From contig OX597818.1 of NCBI GenBank assembly GCA_951406725.2, positions 69,316,001-69,380,000 of the forward strand: a stretch of DNA of 64,000 nt, read 5' to 3'. Of the stretch, positions 26,204-38,800 are shown piece by piece. The stretch's first letter is position 1. Each line of letters begins with the position of its first letter. The notes beneath the pieces were generated by a model. It was given only the letters and a program-made list of their open reading frames with translations. It ran no database searches and was not told the DNA's origin. The translations under genes were made by a program, and so were the position numbers. Source of the DNA: Octopus vulgaris (taxonomy: Eukaryota).

Positions 26204-27766
26204 TGTTTATGTTTGGGGAAGTGGTGGGCAAACGTCATAGAAGTGGTACCACATGTTTTTAATCCTCCATGGAAACATGTCTGGTCTGTGGAAATCTTGT
26301 TTGAAGACAAACGAAGGGAAGTGACAGGAAGAGTGTCCCATTGTAGAAAATTCACCTCAATAAATTCTGTCAGAGCTTTGCGAGTATGGGAAAAATTGGA
26401 CATTAAAATGAGGACATTAAAATATGGTTAAATGTTAAATGGACTGGACAAAAACTTAATAATGTTGAATAATCTTGTCTAAGACAAACCATATCTGAAT
26501 TAACAGGAGGATCATGGTTAGAATGTCTTTTATCTAAGGTTTGCTCACTTAAAGCTAACTTGGAATTAAATACAGCAACTTTCAACTAGAATTAAATTTT
26601 ATTCAGTCTGTGTACAATTATGCACATCTTGACCAGTCAACAGAAATAAGTTGTAAGATACATTTAGATTATAAAACTTTCAGCTTTTGACAACCATCTT
26701 TTACTCTGTGTGTGTGTGTGTGCATGCGTGCATGCATGTGTGTGTGTGTGTGTGTGTGTGTATGACTTGTGTAAATCATTTCAAATCTTGTTACTCATTG
26801 TAAATATGAACAAGGAACAGAAATAGATAAAGGCTCATTAAAAAACCTTAACATTTATATTACATACATGAATGTCAGGAGTTCACTGGGAAGGAGAGAG
26901 AGAGAGAGAGAGAGATGGAGAGAGAGAGAGGGAGACAGTAAGAGACTGATATATAAATATAGAAACTAAAGTTTAATACTAACAAAGAGGCTAATTAAAG
27001 AAGCTATTAAATAAATTTAATTAATGAAGCACTTGTAAAGATGTCAGATTTTATTGCAAATACATAATTGCCTTGTAAGTGCCAGATTATGTTTAATTAT
27101 AAGACAGAATTTATTGAGGCTTGTAATATTTTATGTGGTAATTATAATTTTGAGCAAAGTTTGATATGTGTGTGTGTGTGTGCAAGTGTGCGTGTGTGTG
27201 TGTGTGTGCAAGTGCGTGTGTGTGTGTATGACAGAGAGACGGCATGTCTTTGCATGTACATGTGTGTATGTCTGTACATTTATAAATTGGATGAACACGC
27301 ACACACACACACACACAAACTCGCGCACGCACACACACTATATTTTGTATTGAGTTCTACTAGATGCACCACAACCCATTGGAAAAGAGGGACAAAGGGA
27401 ACAGAAAGTAACTGGGAGGACATGTTATATACAAATAAGCGATGTATTGAACCTTACAAAAGTATTATGTTTATAAGATTCTCCATAAGAATCAAGGCAT
27501 CACCACTCTAAGCATCATCATCATCGTTTTAATGTGAGCTTTTCCTTGTCTCCTTGGCTTGAAGGGAGTTTACTGAAGCAGATTTTCTGTAGATGCTCTT
27601 CCTGTCACCAACATTTACATACTGTCATGCAGGATAACATTTCCCCCAAGGCAAGAAAGGTTTTCATAGAAGATTAGAAAAGAATGACACCGTTAGTCTG
27701 ACAGTGACACTCCTTTACAACTATCACATGATATCAAGACAAAATAACATACACACTCATGCACAC

Positions 27767-27805
<39 letters not shown>

Positions 27806-28189
27806 TGTATGTATGTGTGTGTGTGTGCAATGAGCTTTTTTCAGTTTCTGTCTAGCTAGACTGCTCTCAAGTATTTGTTTAGCCCACAGTTTCAGCAATA
27901 AAACGTAGGACCAAGTGGTCCTGCAATGGGACTGAACCTGAAACCATTTAGTTAGGAAGCCACCTTCTTAACTGTACGGCCACATGTGTGCTTTTCGCAT
28001 AAATGTTATGTAAAAGGAAAATTATGAATTAGTCAAAATGTTTCTCATGTCTGTTTACTTTGTGGTGGGGATTCAAAACAGAATCCATGGAGAGGCAGTC
28101 ATGAGCAAACCACAACAGCTTCATTTGATTGGTCTATTAAGCAACCGATCAGCATCAAGTTATGGTGTGATTCAATATTCTAGAATCTT

Positions 28190-28407
28190 GAAGGTGGCCA
28201 ACTTGGCAGAAACGTTAGCGTCCTGGGTGAAATGCTTAGCAGTATTTTGTTTGTCTTTATGTTCTGGGTTCAAATTCCGCCGAGGTCAACTTTGCCTTTC
28301 AACCTTTCAGGGTTGATAAATTAAGTACCAGATGCATACAGGGGTCGATCTAATTAACTGCCCCCACCTTCCCAAAAATTTCAGGCTCTGTCCATAGAGC
28401 AGAAGAG
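28190..28407 (+). mobile_element. SINE family B with 16-bp TSD
   Basis: TSD aatattctagaatctt at 28174-28189 and 28408-28423. Confidence 0.9.
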
Positions 28408-28666
28408 AATATTCTAGAATCTTTGTCTTATGCCCTGTAAAAGGAATCTTTTGGTGGCAATAAATTGCTGACTGTTAAGGCAGTCAAGTGAGATATGTCT
28501 CCATTCTTGCCACATCAGATGGTTCCAGATATTTGCAAAGACATCTCCAGGTTCTTGGACAGACCAAACTAAACATTCCCAAATCTCTCATAAGGCTCCT
28601 CCTTCAAACATGGCAGGATTTCCACTTCTCTCTCACTCTGTAATTACCGCTGCTGTTATCTGTAAA

Positions 28667-29040
28667 GTGGAGGTGCATTGGCCCAGTGGCCAGGGCAGTG
28701 AATTCGCAGTCATAGGTTTGCAGCTTCGATTCTTAGACCAGGCGTTGTGAGTGTTTATTGACCGAAAACACCTAAGGCTCTATGAGACTCCGGCAGGGGG
28801 TAGTGGTGAACCCTGCTGTACTCTTTCACCACAACTTTCTCTCACTCTTCCTTCATGCTTCTGTATTTCAAAGGGCCAGCCTTGTCACACACTGTGTCAC
28901 ACTGAATCTCCCCGAGAACTACATTTAGGGTACACGTGTCTGTGGAGTGCTCAGCCACTTGGACGTTAATTTCACAAGCAGGCTGTTCCATTGATCGGAT
29001 CAACTGGAATCCTTGTTGTCGTAACTGACAGAGTGCCACA
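28667..29040 (+). mobile_element. Full-length tRNA-derived SINE, family C, with 10-bp TSD
   Basis: A-box tggcccagtgg and B-box-like gcttcgattc. TSD tatctgtaaa at 28657-28666 and 29041-29050. Confidence 0.9.
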
Positions 29041-29063
29041 TATCTGTAAAAATGCTGCTGTCT

Positions 29064-29096
<33 letters not shown>

Positions 29097-29987
29097 GTTT
29101 AACGTCCGTTTTCCGTGCTAGCATGGGTTGGATGGTTCGACCGGGGTCTGGGAAGCCAGGGGCTGCACCAGGCTCTAGTCTGATCTGGCAGTGTTTCTAC
29201 AGCTGGATGCCCTTCCTAACGCCAACCACTCCGCGAGTGTAGTGGGTGCTTTTTACGTGCCACCTGCACAGGTGTCAGAGGGGTGGAACTTTCCATCAAA
29301 TGGTCTCAAGTGTTGATCAGTTATTTCTTCATGTTTTCGGTCGTCAACTCAACCAGTCACAGATCAACCAGCAACAAGAACCACTCCCAAGCAATAAGTT
29401 TTATAAGCTACTAGCAGTATTGCCAGACATAAATTCACCCTGAAGTGAGAAAATGGGAAATGAGGATTCATTGAACCCCTGGAAACTTCTGGTAGTCTCC
29501 ACTCGTCAGGAATCTCATTTATCAATGTTGATGGAGGACAGGAGAGGCTCAGCAGTTGCAGCCCTTTCATCTTTTGTGAAGCTCACTCAAAATCGTTTTA
29601 GTTTGATCCCAAGTGATGGTTTGGCCGTGTCATCAACTTTATTGCTATAGTTTGAGAGTTACGGTATGTTCCATGATTCCACAGTTCCTCACTGTAGGAG
29701 TTTTGCCTTCTGTCCAGAATTACGCTGACCAATCCCTGGTTTAACTTTGGTTTTAGAAAAGCAATAAGATTTTAATGACTGTACCTCTCAAAACATCAAG
29801 CAATTCAGAAGTTTTAGGTACTGAAGCTCCAGTCACCCCTGCCTCAACAACCCCCTATCCTCTTTGGAAATGAGATGGGTCAGGATTTTAACTTATTCAA
29901 ATATAAATGTCTGCTGGAAAAGAAAACACAAAAACACATCAATTACGATACAGAGATTTATTTAGTTTCATTTAATGCAGCAGCCAT

Positions 29988-30424
29988 TGTTCTTTTATTC
30001 TTTTATTCTTTTATTCTTTTATTCTTTTATTCTTTTATTCTTTTATTCTTTTACTTCTTTTACTTGTTTCAGTCATTTGACTTCGGCCATGCTGGAGCAC
30101 CGCCTTTACTCAAACGAATCAATCCCAGGGCTTATTCTTTGTGAGCCTAGTACTTATTCTATTGGTCTCTTTTGCCAAACCACTAAGTTATATGGACATA
30201 AACACACCAACATCGGTTGTCAAGTGATGTTGGGGGGACAAACACACACACACATATATATGACAAGCTTCTTTCAGTTTCTGTCTACCAAATCCACTCA
30301 CAAGGCTTTGGTTGGCCTGAGGCTATAATAGAAGACATTTGCCCAAGGTGCCATGCAGTGGGACTGAACCTGGAACCATGTGGTTGGTAAGCTAGCTACT
30401 TACCACACAGCCCCTCATGCACCT
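29988..30424 (-). mobile_element. SINE family A with expanded (GAATAAAA)n tail
   Basis: Reverse complement of the 33599 element; (TTTTATTC)n at ~29990-30050. Confidence 0.9.
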
Positions 30425-31647
30425 GTATAACATATTTTTATTCAGCTTGGTGGTCATTCACAGTTCCTGGCACAAGGTGAACAGGTATTTGAAGGGGGTT
30501 AAGCTGATTACATTGACCCCCAAGTACATAACTGCTACTTATATTATCGAAAGGTAAAGCTGATCCTAGCAGAATTTCAACTCAGAATATAAACACAGAC
30601 AAAACATCACTAATCACATCTTCCAGATCACAGTTAACCGTTTCTGCCAGATCACTGCTTCCTCTATGTCAAAAGTGATGCACCATGTTCGGTCTTGTGG
30701 TTGTCTATGAGTTCATTCCATCACAAGGCCTAGCTTGGCTAAAATACATCCAGAATTCTTGACAGCCACTTGACAAAAATGGGTATTGAGTGTATATGCC
30801 ATATTTTGCAGGGTTTTGCCCCTTTCAATAGTCCCCATCTATCTCGTACTCACCTCTGAAAACATACTACAGTAAATTTGCCCTTCAATAATGTATTTTC
30901 ATTAAGTATGATACAAAGATGGCTATTTTAATTTAGTATGGCTTCTAATAAGTACAATGATGCACACACATGTATACACATATCCACATGCATATGCACA
31001 CATCCTCACACACACACACATATATAAAAAGAGAAATGGAAATAAATTTTCAATCTATACAGATGTGTGTATGTGTGTGTGTGTATGTGTGTATCTCAAT
31101 CATGTAAGGTGTATGTGACCTCACCTAGCACTGGTGCGTGGTTGATGTTAGGAAAGGCATCCAGCCATGGAAAAAAAATGCCAAGGAAGACATTGGAGCG
31201 TGATGCAGCCGTGAAACTCATCTGGCCATCCATCCCATGCTAGCTGGAAGATGGACATCAAGCAACGAGGAAGATGACAACGACGATGATGATGAGGAGG
31301 AGGTGTGTGGTTTACTGATAAGTAATACAGATGATAAAAAGTTCATTATATGATGCAAAAAATGTAATAAAAATGTGTGATAAAATATTATAAATTTATA
31401 TTTTAGGAATTAATAAAAATACATAAAACCATAAGGTCATAAAATAATGAAAATACAGAATTCTAAAAAATAGCGAAATAAATTAAAATTGCTTCTAAAA
31501 ATAAATTTGAAATGAAATAGCCTCAAAAGGTAGAGATAAAATAACGCAAAATGGATTTAAAATGAATTTCAAATTACCTCAGGTGAAACAAAATATAGTG
31601 AAATAAAAGTAATTTAAATAAAAGGAACAGGTATTTATAAAACAAAG

Positions 31648-32045
31648 ACCATCATCATCATCATCGTCATGGTCATGAAAATGATCATCATGATCATCAT
31701 CGTCTTCATCATTATCATCGTCAGCGTCATGGTCATGATCATCATAATCATCATCATATTCATGGTCATGATCATGATCATCATCATGATCATCATCATG
31801 ATCATCATCATGATCATCATCGTTGTCATCATTATCATCATCATCATCATCAGCGTCAGCGTCATGGTCATGATCATCATGATCATCATCGTCGTCTTCA
31901 TTATCATCATCATCAGCGTCATGGTCATGATCAAAAAATCATCATCAGCATCATCGTCATCATCATCATCATCATCATCATCGTTGTCATCATCATCATC
32001 ATCGTCAGCATCATTGTTGTCGTCGTCATCATCATCATCATCACC
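31648..32045. repeat. Compound (CAT)n-derived repeat with higher-order duplications
   Basis: gtcatggtcatga recurs within the CAT array. Confidence 0.9.
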
Positions 32046-33598
32046 AGCAACCCAAGCAGCTTTTCATTTGCCGTCTGTTTTCCATGTGGGCATGGGTTGG
32101 ATGGTTAGGAGCTGGGAAGCTGCACCATGCTCCATCTGTCTGCTTCAGCATAGTTTCAATGGCTGGATGCCCTTGCAAATGTCAACTGCTTTACAGAGTA
32201 TGCATGGATGTCGTTTATGTGGCATCAGCACGGGTCCCTGGACAGGGGCGTTTTTCTGGCTTCGTTGCCTTGGAAGAGTAACTGGAAATGGAAATTGTCT
32301 TGAAGGAGATTTACAAAAATTGAAGAATTTCACAGGAATTTTTCTGCAGCCAAAGATTAAAATCCTTTCAAATACTAAACTGGTTTAATACTTCATTAAA
32401 AAAACTCTTTTGGAGAATCTTTTTCTCTTTTAATTTTTACTTGTTTCAGCCATTTCATTGTGGCCATGCTGGGGCACCACCTTGAAGAGTTTTAGTTGAA
32501 CAAATGGACCCCAGGACTTATTTTACTTCTTAAAGCATAGTACTTATTCTATCCGTATCTTTTGCCAAACCACTAAGTTACAGGGACATAAACACACCAA
32601 TACCGGTTGTAGAGCAAACAATGACACAAAGACACACACAGATACTAAGACACACACAAATATATCAATCGTGCTGTTGGTAATTTCTTTTCCTTTGGTA
32701 GACTTTTCCTTTTCTCCTTTCTCACAAAGAGCTATGCACGAAATGTCAAACTTTCCCTTTTCACCAAGCAATACACTAACACATTCCTTTTGCTTGTCTT
32801 CTTCTTGTCTGTTAATTGTATTACTCGTTGTTATTTCAACTGATTATTTATCTAAATTGACTGTATATATATATACACAAAGGGCTTCTTTCAGTTTCCA
32901 TCAGCCAAATTCACCCACAAGGCTTTGGTTGTTGTTATTAAACCCAAATCAAATCTGGTTTAGCTTAGGATCAATGTTATTATCAGCATGTCAATCATTT
33001 TTTACTGAATCTGATTGCGTGCATGTGTGTGTGTGAAAAAATATATATATAGGTGCAGGAGCTGCTGTGTGGTAAGAAGCTCGCTTCCCAACCACATGGT
33101 TATAGGTTCAGTCCCACCTCATGGCACCTTGGACAAGTGTCTTCCACTATAGTCACAGGCCTTGAGTGGATTTGGTAGAGAGAAACTGAAGGAATCCTGT
33201 TGCATGTGTGTGTGTGTGTGTGTGTAAAATAAATACATAGGAGCAGGTGTAACAGAGTGGCAAGAAGCTTGCTTCCCAACCACATGGTTCCAAGTTCAGT
33301 CCCACTGCATGGCACCTTGGGTAAATGTTTTCCACTATAGCCTCAGGCCTTGTGAGAGGATTTGCTAGATGGAAACATTCAACGACGGACACTGAAAATA
33401 CCAGTAATTACAGCTTCTATTAATTGTTCAGGAATGTTGTTAATTAGTTTCACTCGTAGCCCCAGGCAGCCATTTTCATTCATCACAAACAACGCTATAC
33501 AAGCACAACAACACCAACATGACAGATCATCACAAGTGGATTAAAGACGAGATTACAAAAATTAAAGACAAGATTATAGATTATACCATACAGTCTCA

Positions 33599-34016
33599 GG
33601 TGCAGGAGTGGCTGTGTGGTAAGTAGCTTGCTAACCAACCACATGGTTCCGGGTTCAGTCCCACAGCGTGGCATCTTGGGCAAGTGTCTTCTGCTATAGT
33701 CCCGGGCCGACCAATGCCTTGTGAGTGGATTTGGTAGATGGAAACTGAAAGAAGCCTGTCGTATATATGTATATATATATATAAGTGAGTGCGTATATGT
33801 TTGTGTGTCTGTGTTTGTCCCGCTAGCATTGCTTGTCAACCAATGCTGGTGTGTTTACGTCCCCGTCACTTAGCGGTTCTGCAAAAGAGACCGATAGAAT
33901 AAGTACTGGGCTTACAAAGAATAAGTCCCGGGGTCGATTTGCTTGACTAAAAGCGGTGCTCCAGCATGGCCGCAGTCAAATAACTGAAACAAGTAAAAGA
34001 GTAAAAAGAGTAGAGT
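33599..34016 (+). mobile_element. Full-length SINE family A (tRNA-like head, internal TA/TG tract, gagtaaaa tail)
   Basis: A-box tggctgtgtgg, B-box-like ggttcagtcc and cttgggcaagtg core. Partial copies at ~14832-15060, 16585-16748, 23266-23421, 27829-27990, 32435-32930, 33051-33380, 34093-34422, 36328-36476, 54001-54290 and 61215-61335. Confidence 0.92.
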
Positions 34017-36476
34017 CTATTATTAGATCCTGGTATTTTGGCAAGATTTTAGGGAAGAAGCAACAGATTCAGGTTCTACTTACATTTGTATAGGCCCAGG
34101 TAAGGCTGTGTGGTAAGAACCAATCACATGGTTCCAGGTTCAGTTCCACTGCAAGACACTTTGGACAAATGTCTTCTATTTTAACCCCAGGTTGATCCAA
34201 GGCATGCATGTGGATTCAGCAGATGGAAACTGAAAGAAGCCCATCGTATATACATATGTGAGTGTGTGGTGTGTACTTAGTGGTAGAGTAAATGAGACCG
34301 ATAAAATAAGTATCATGCTTTAAAAAACATGCCCTGGAGTCAATTCATTCAACTGACATCTGTCAAGGGGATGCCCCAGCATGGCCACTGACCAACGACT
34401 ATCACAAGTGAGAAGATAAAAGACATACACAAATAAATATAGGGATGGATGTATGTTTGTGCGAATGTATGTATGTGTGTATGTGTGTATGTATGTATGT
34501 GTGTATGTATGTACGTATGTATGTGTGAATGAATGTATGTATGTGTGTATGTTTGTATATATGTATGTATATATGTATGTATGTGTGTATGTGTAAATGT
34601 ATGTTTGTGCGAATGTATGTATGTATGTATGTGTGTATGTGTGTATGTGTGTATGTATGTATGTGTGTGTGTAAATGTATGTATGTATATCTGTATGTAT
34701 GTGTGTGTGTGCGTGAATGTATGTATGTGTGTGTGTGTGTGTGCGTGAATGTATGTATGTGTGAATGTGTGTATGAAGAAAGAGAAATTGCTCAGTGATT
34801 ATGCATATTTATGCTTTTGTGTCCATGGATATGCAACATTCAACAGATGTAGGAGAATGTGTCTGTGCGTAGGAAATGGCACAAATGCTATTGAAATTTG
34901 TCTGTCTGTGTGTGTTTATATATCATCGTCATCGTCATTGCCACCACCACCATAACCATCATCATCATCATCATCATCATTATTATGCATCTATTGACAA
35001 CACTAGCACGGTCTGGATATTATGTTTATATATATATATGCATCATGTATACATAATGTTTAATGCATATGCATGCATGAAGAGACCTGTTCTTGTGTGT
35101 ATACACACATTAAGATCTACACCAAGATTTATATAGTCGTACATACATCAAAAACATCTCTACACAGACACAAATATATCATTAGACAACACAGATATGC
35201 ACGCATGTGTATATCTGAATATGAATTTCTATGTGGACGGCATCCCCCGACTCCCACCCTTCCCAGCCAGCCACACACAAACTCCTACATGTAATAAATA
35301 CCTGCAACTCTTATATTGAGAGATTTGTAATATCCAGACATTTTATTGAATCTATTACAAAGATAACAAATCTTTTTCAAATGATAAGAATCATACACAT
35401 AACGGTCGATAGCAGAAATATAAAAGACAAACAGGTGGAATATTTATATTGTTTGTCTTTCATTTGTGTTTGAGGATAAGATATCAATGGATATTTTCAA
35501 GAACATGCTACTCAAGCTTTCGGAATCATTTTCGAGGAACTCGTCAAAGGATCACTTGAGCTAGCATATGGCATATGTAGAGATATACATGTAGAGACAA
35601 AAGCCTTTCATAAGAAGACCTTTTGATGAAATTACTCAGACCAGCTACATTACACTGGAGCCAGCAATCAATTTCATTCAGAAAGCTCATTCGATCAGAA
35701 GAAGAGGGCATAGTTGAAAACGAATGTGTGATGTGATAGTCAATGTAATATTTCTTCCTGCTTGCTTTTCATTGAAATGTTATAATATTCTCTAATTAAT
35801 GTACTTGAGTGACACAAAGATTCATAGCAATATTTCCAAGCAGTTTGAAGTTAAATTAAGACTGAACTTCAATAATGGTTTTCTTCGAAAAGGTGCCCAA
35901 TCAATTATTAGTCTTGTATATGTAATTGATTTAAAGTGTGTATCTGCATTTGATAAATCTGTAAGATGTGTGAGATTTCTGAAGCCAAACTGGTTGACTT
36001 AACACTGAGGAATTAGTTTATTTATTTTCACTCTTTCAATGATATAAATTTCAGCAATCTTCACTTAATGAATTCTATTACATGGTAGAGAATGCTTCCA
36101 TACAGTCGATGTCATGTCCATCAGACACATATGTACAGTAACAGAATGATTAAGATGCTAAACCACTAACCTATAGACCATGGGTTAAATTCTTGCTCAG
36201 GTGCAATATACAATCTATTTACGTGATTGGTCTGATTGATATTTCTCAATAATAAATTCGTGCATCTTCTGATTAGAGCCTGACAAATGCTTGGAATTAG
36301 AAAAGACATATCTATGAATGTGCACAAGCTATGGCTGGGTGGCAAGACACTTGCTCCAAGCCACATGGTCTGAGGTTCAGTCTCACCTCGTAACATCTTG
36401 CGTAGGTGTCTTCTACTATTGCCTCAGGCTGAACAATGCTTTCTGAGTGGATTTGGTAGGCAGAACCAAAAGAAGC

Positions 36477-37031
36477 AATGTAAAGCACCAATTACGATCA
36501 AACTGTAAAAGTAGAAATACTTATGATTTAGCTAACATGGTGACAATGTCGCAGAATGGAGATGGAACTGCCATATATACAAATAAATACAGTAAATTCT
36601 CATGCAGAGAAAAATCAAAATGCCCATTGATGAACCTCTGCATGAGTACAAATCTTGTATATAAATGTACCATGCACACAAGGGGAAGGCCGTATGTTTA
36701 CATTGGGCAGATGGCTGATTCATTTAAGAATCATTATTGCAACAATGTCGCCAGCTTTAAGACAATCCATTAGAGACAATTCACATCTTTGGTCAATTTT
36801 GTATGGTGACTGAAGGAGGATAAACGTAAGTACAGTATAACCTCGTTCATAGCAAGGCATGTGAAACCATACAATATAATTTCCAGGAGATGCCATCTCT
36901 GCTCCAAGAAATCCTTGTCTATCCTGTGGACCAATGAGAAGATCATTAACAGAATCTCTGGAAGACTCTCAAGTTGCCTTCACACATATAAACGTACTTT
37001 CACACAATGCAGTGGGAATGAATTTGAATAA
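36477..37031 (+). pseudogene. GIY-YIG endonuclease C-terminal region of a Penelope-like element (Neptune-type)
   Basis: SCREKSKCPLMNLCMSTNLVYKC...VYIGQMADSFKNHYCNNVASFK..*..TSLVNFVW*LKE..YSI...KPYNIISRRCHLCSKK..IL...IINR....SSCLH. Shows the Cys linker, VY/YIG and terminal CxxC..C.H, with two in-frame stops. Confidence 0.9.
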
Positions 37032-37823
37032 CCGTTAACTTAATTTCATTTAAGGTATGGATGACTTGAGTTTACTTTTAACCTCCCCATTCTGATTAAA
37101 ATACCAAGTAGATATTTAACTCACTTTGGGATTGTGAGTGCAACAAACCACGTGTGTGCATATGCTTACGTTTTCCTGGATGCTTGTATGAGCGAGTGTA
37201 CATGCACCATGCAGCCTGCGCAAGGGCGTTTATACATCCAGATCTGTTAACGGTTATTTTTCAATACTTTTCTCACTGTATTGTGTTCTCTTTTCTTTCT
37301 TGCATCTATGGCTTTATTTTTGATGTTCTATATAAATGAAGATATATAAACACGCCCATATACATACACATATACACATATGCATGCATATATATACATA
37401 TATATATATATTTCATATATATATATATATATATTTCCTATATATATATATATATAGAATCTTAATTATTTCATATGTGTATCATGAAATCTTTTCTCCT
37501 TTCATCTATTTTATCCATACTGTTACCCCAACCGTCACTAACGAAGTTCCTGCAATAAATCTACGGATAACAACAGGGAATCAAAACTGTGCCACTGCTT
37601 TACTCATCATCTATTTATACATTTTGGGTAATTTCTCCATTATATATATTTATTTCTTGTACTGTATTTTTTTGTAATCGTATTTTTATTTTGTATTTTA
37701 TTTTGTATTTTATTTTGTAATTTTATTCATATCGTTTTTACGTCCTGTTTTTGTCACATTTTTTTCTTTCCTTGTTTTTACCCCTCTGCGAAGGAATTTT
37801 ATTTAATTGTTTCGCAGGAAGGG

Positions 37824-37899
37824 CTAGTTCGACGAGTCGTGTTCTGTCCTCACCTTCGAAACACGCATGGAGTCGAACTAGGGACAGCTGATGAAGGGG
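37824..37899 (+). ncRNA. Non-circularly permuted hammerhead ribozyme candidate
   Basis: Stem III 37838-42/37861-65, GUU site, stem I 37844-49/37882-87, GAAA 37858-61, CUGAUGA 37888-94, stem II 37854-57/37896-99, outer helix 37824-33/37872-81. Confidence 0.75.
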
Positions 37900-38220
37900 A
37901 ATTTTCCTTGTGTTGTTTGTGTTGTACTCTGTTTTTTCGTTGTTTAAAAAAAAAGGTCCGTTTCCATGTTTGTTTTTACGCTTTTGTTTCTCGTTGAGTT
38001 CTACGTCTATTTGTGGTATCCTGTACTCACGTATATATATTTATATATGCATGTATATATACATGTAGATGTAGGTACGTACATATATGTATGTATGTAT
38101 GCATATATTTTATTTATTACACTATTATATATATATATATCATCGTCATCATCATCATCATCATCATCATCACCATCATCAGAAAATGGATGTTAAACGA
38201 TGATGATAATATATATATAT

Positions 38221-38605
38221 AAGAAATAATTAAGATTCAGTTGAATTAGGTACTTGAGTTGAGGCACCAAGTCAGTGCGGTATAGTCTACACAGCCCAAA
38301 GTAAAGTGAAATAAAAAGCAAATAAGTACGAAGGATGTCCAGGGCCTCAGTGCATTACAGCCATTTCGAGCAGCTCCATTCTGCTACAAGAATAGCAAAA
38401 GGAAGCAATGAAATTAGTTTCATCTCTAGTTGTGATGAAAAATTTGCTAGAAAATTCTAATGGAGTATCCTGTATGTTGGAAATCTATATGGTCGTATGT
38501 GTCCGAGGAGAGCGGTTTATTTGAAATTGATGTAATCTTGTCATTGATTGATTCAATGGAGTTGTAATGCACTGATACCTGGACGTCTTGTTACTTATTT
38601 GCTTT
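38221..38605. mobile_element. Unclassified element inserted in (TA)n with a ~50-bp inverted repeat
   Basis: 38315-38365 matches the reverse complement of 38555-38605; TA arrays lie on both sides. Confidence 0.65.
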
Positions 38606-38640
38606 ATATATAGATATATATATGTGTGTATATGTATTTG

Positions 38641-38676
<36 letters not shown>

Positions 38677-38688
38677 TATATACACATT

Positions 38689-38722
<34 letters not shown>

Positions 38723-38728
38723 TGTATT

Positions 38729-38764
<36 letters not shown>

Positions 38765-38800
38765 AATGTGTATATATATGTGTATATATATATATATATA

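Noticed and set aside
28669-28745. tRNA gene
   Set aside because: The A/B-box head continues into a multi-copy SINE body with a TSD and no cloverleaf is supportable. The same applies to the family A and B heads.
29280-29870. Possible decayed DNA transposase on the minus strand
   Set aside because: I could not recover any diagnostic motif by eye.
37888-37915. Conventional type I hammerhead using the AAGG..CCUU hairpin after CUGAUGA
   Set aside because: It is followed by GUGU rather than GAAA; the matching GAAA and stems lie upstream, which supports the permuted model instead.
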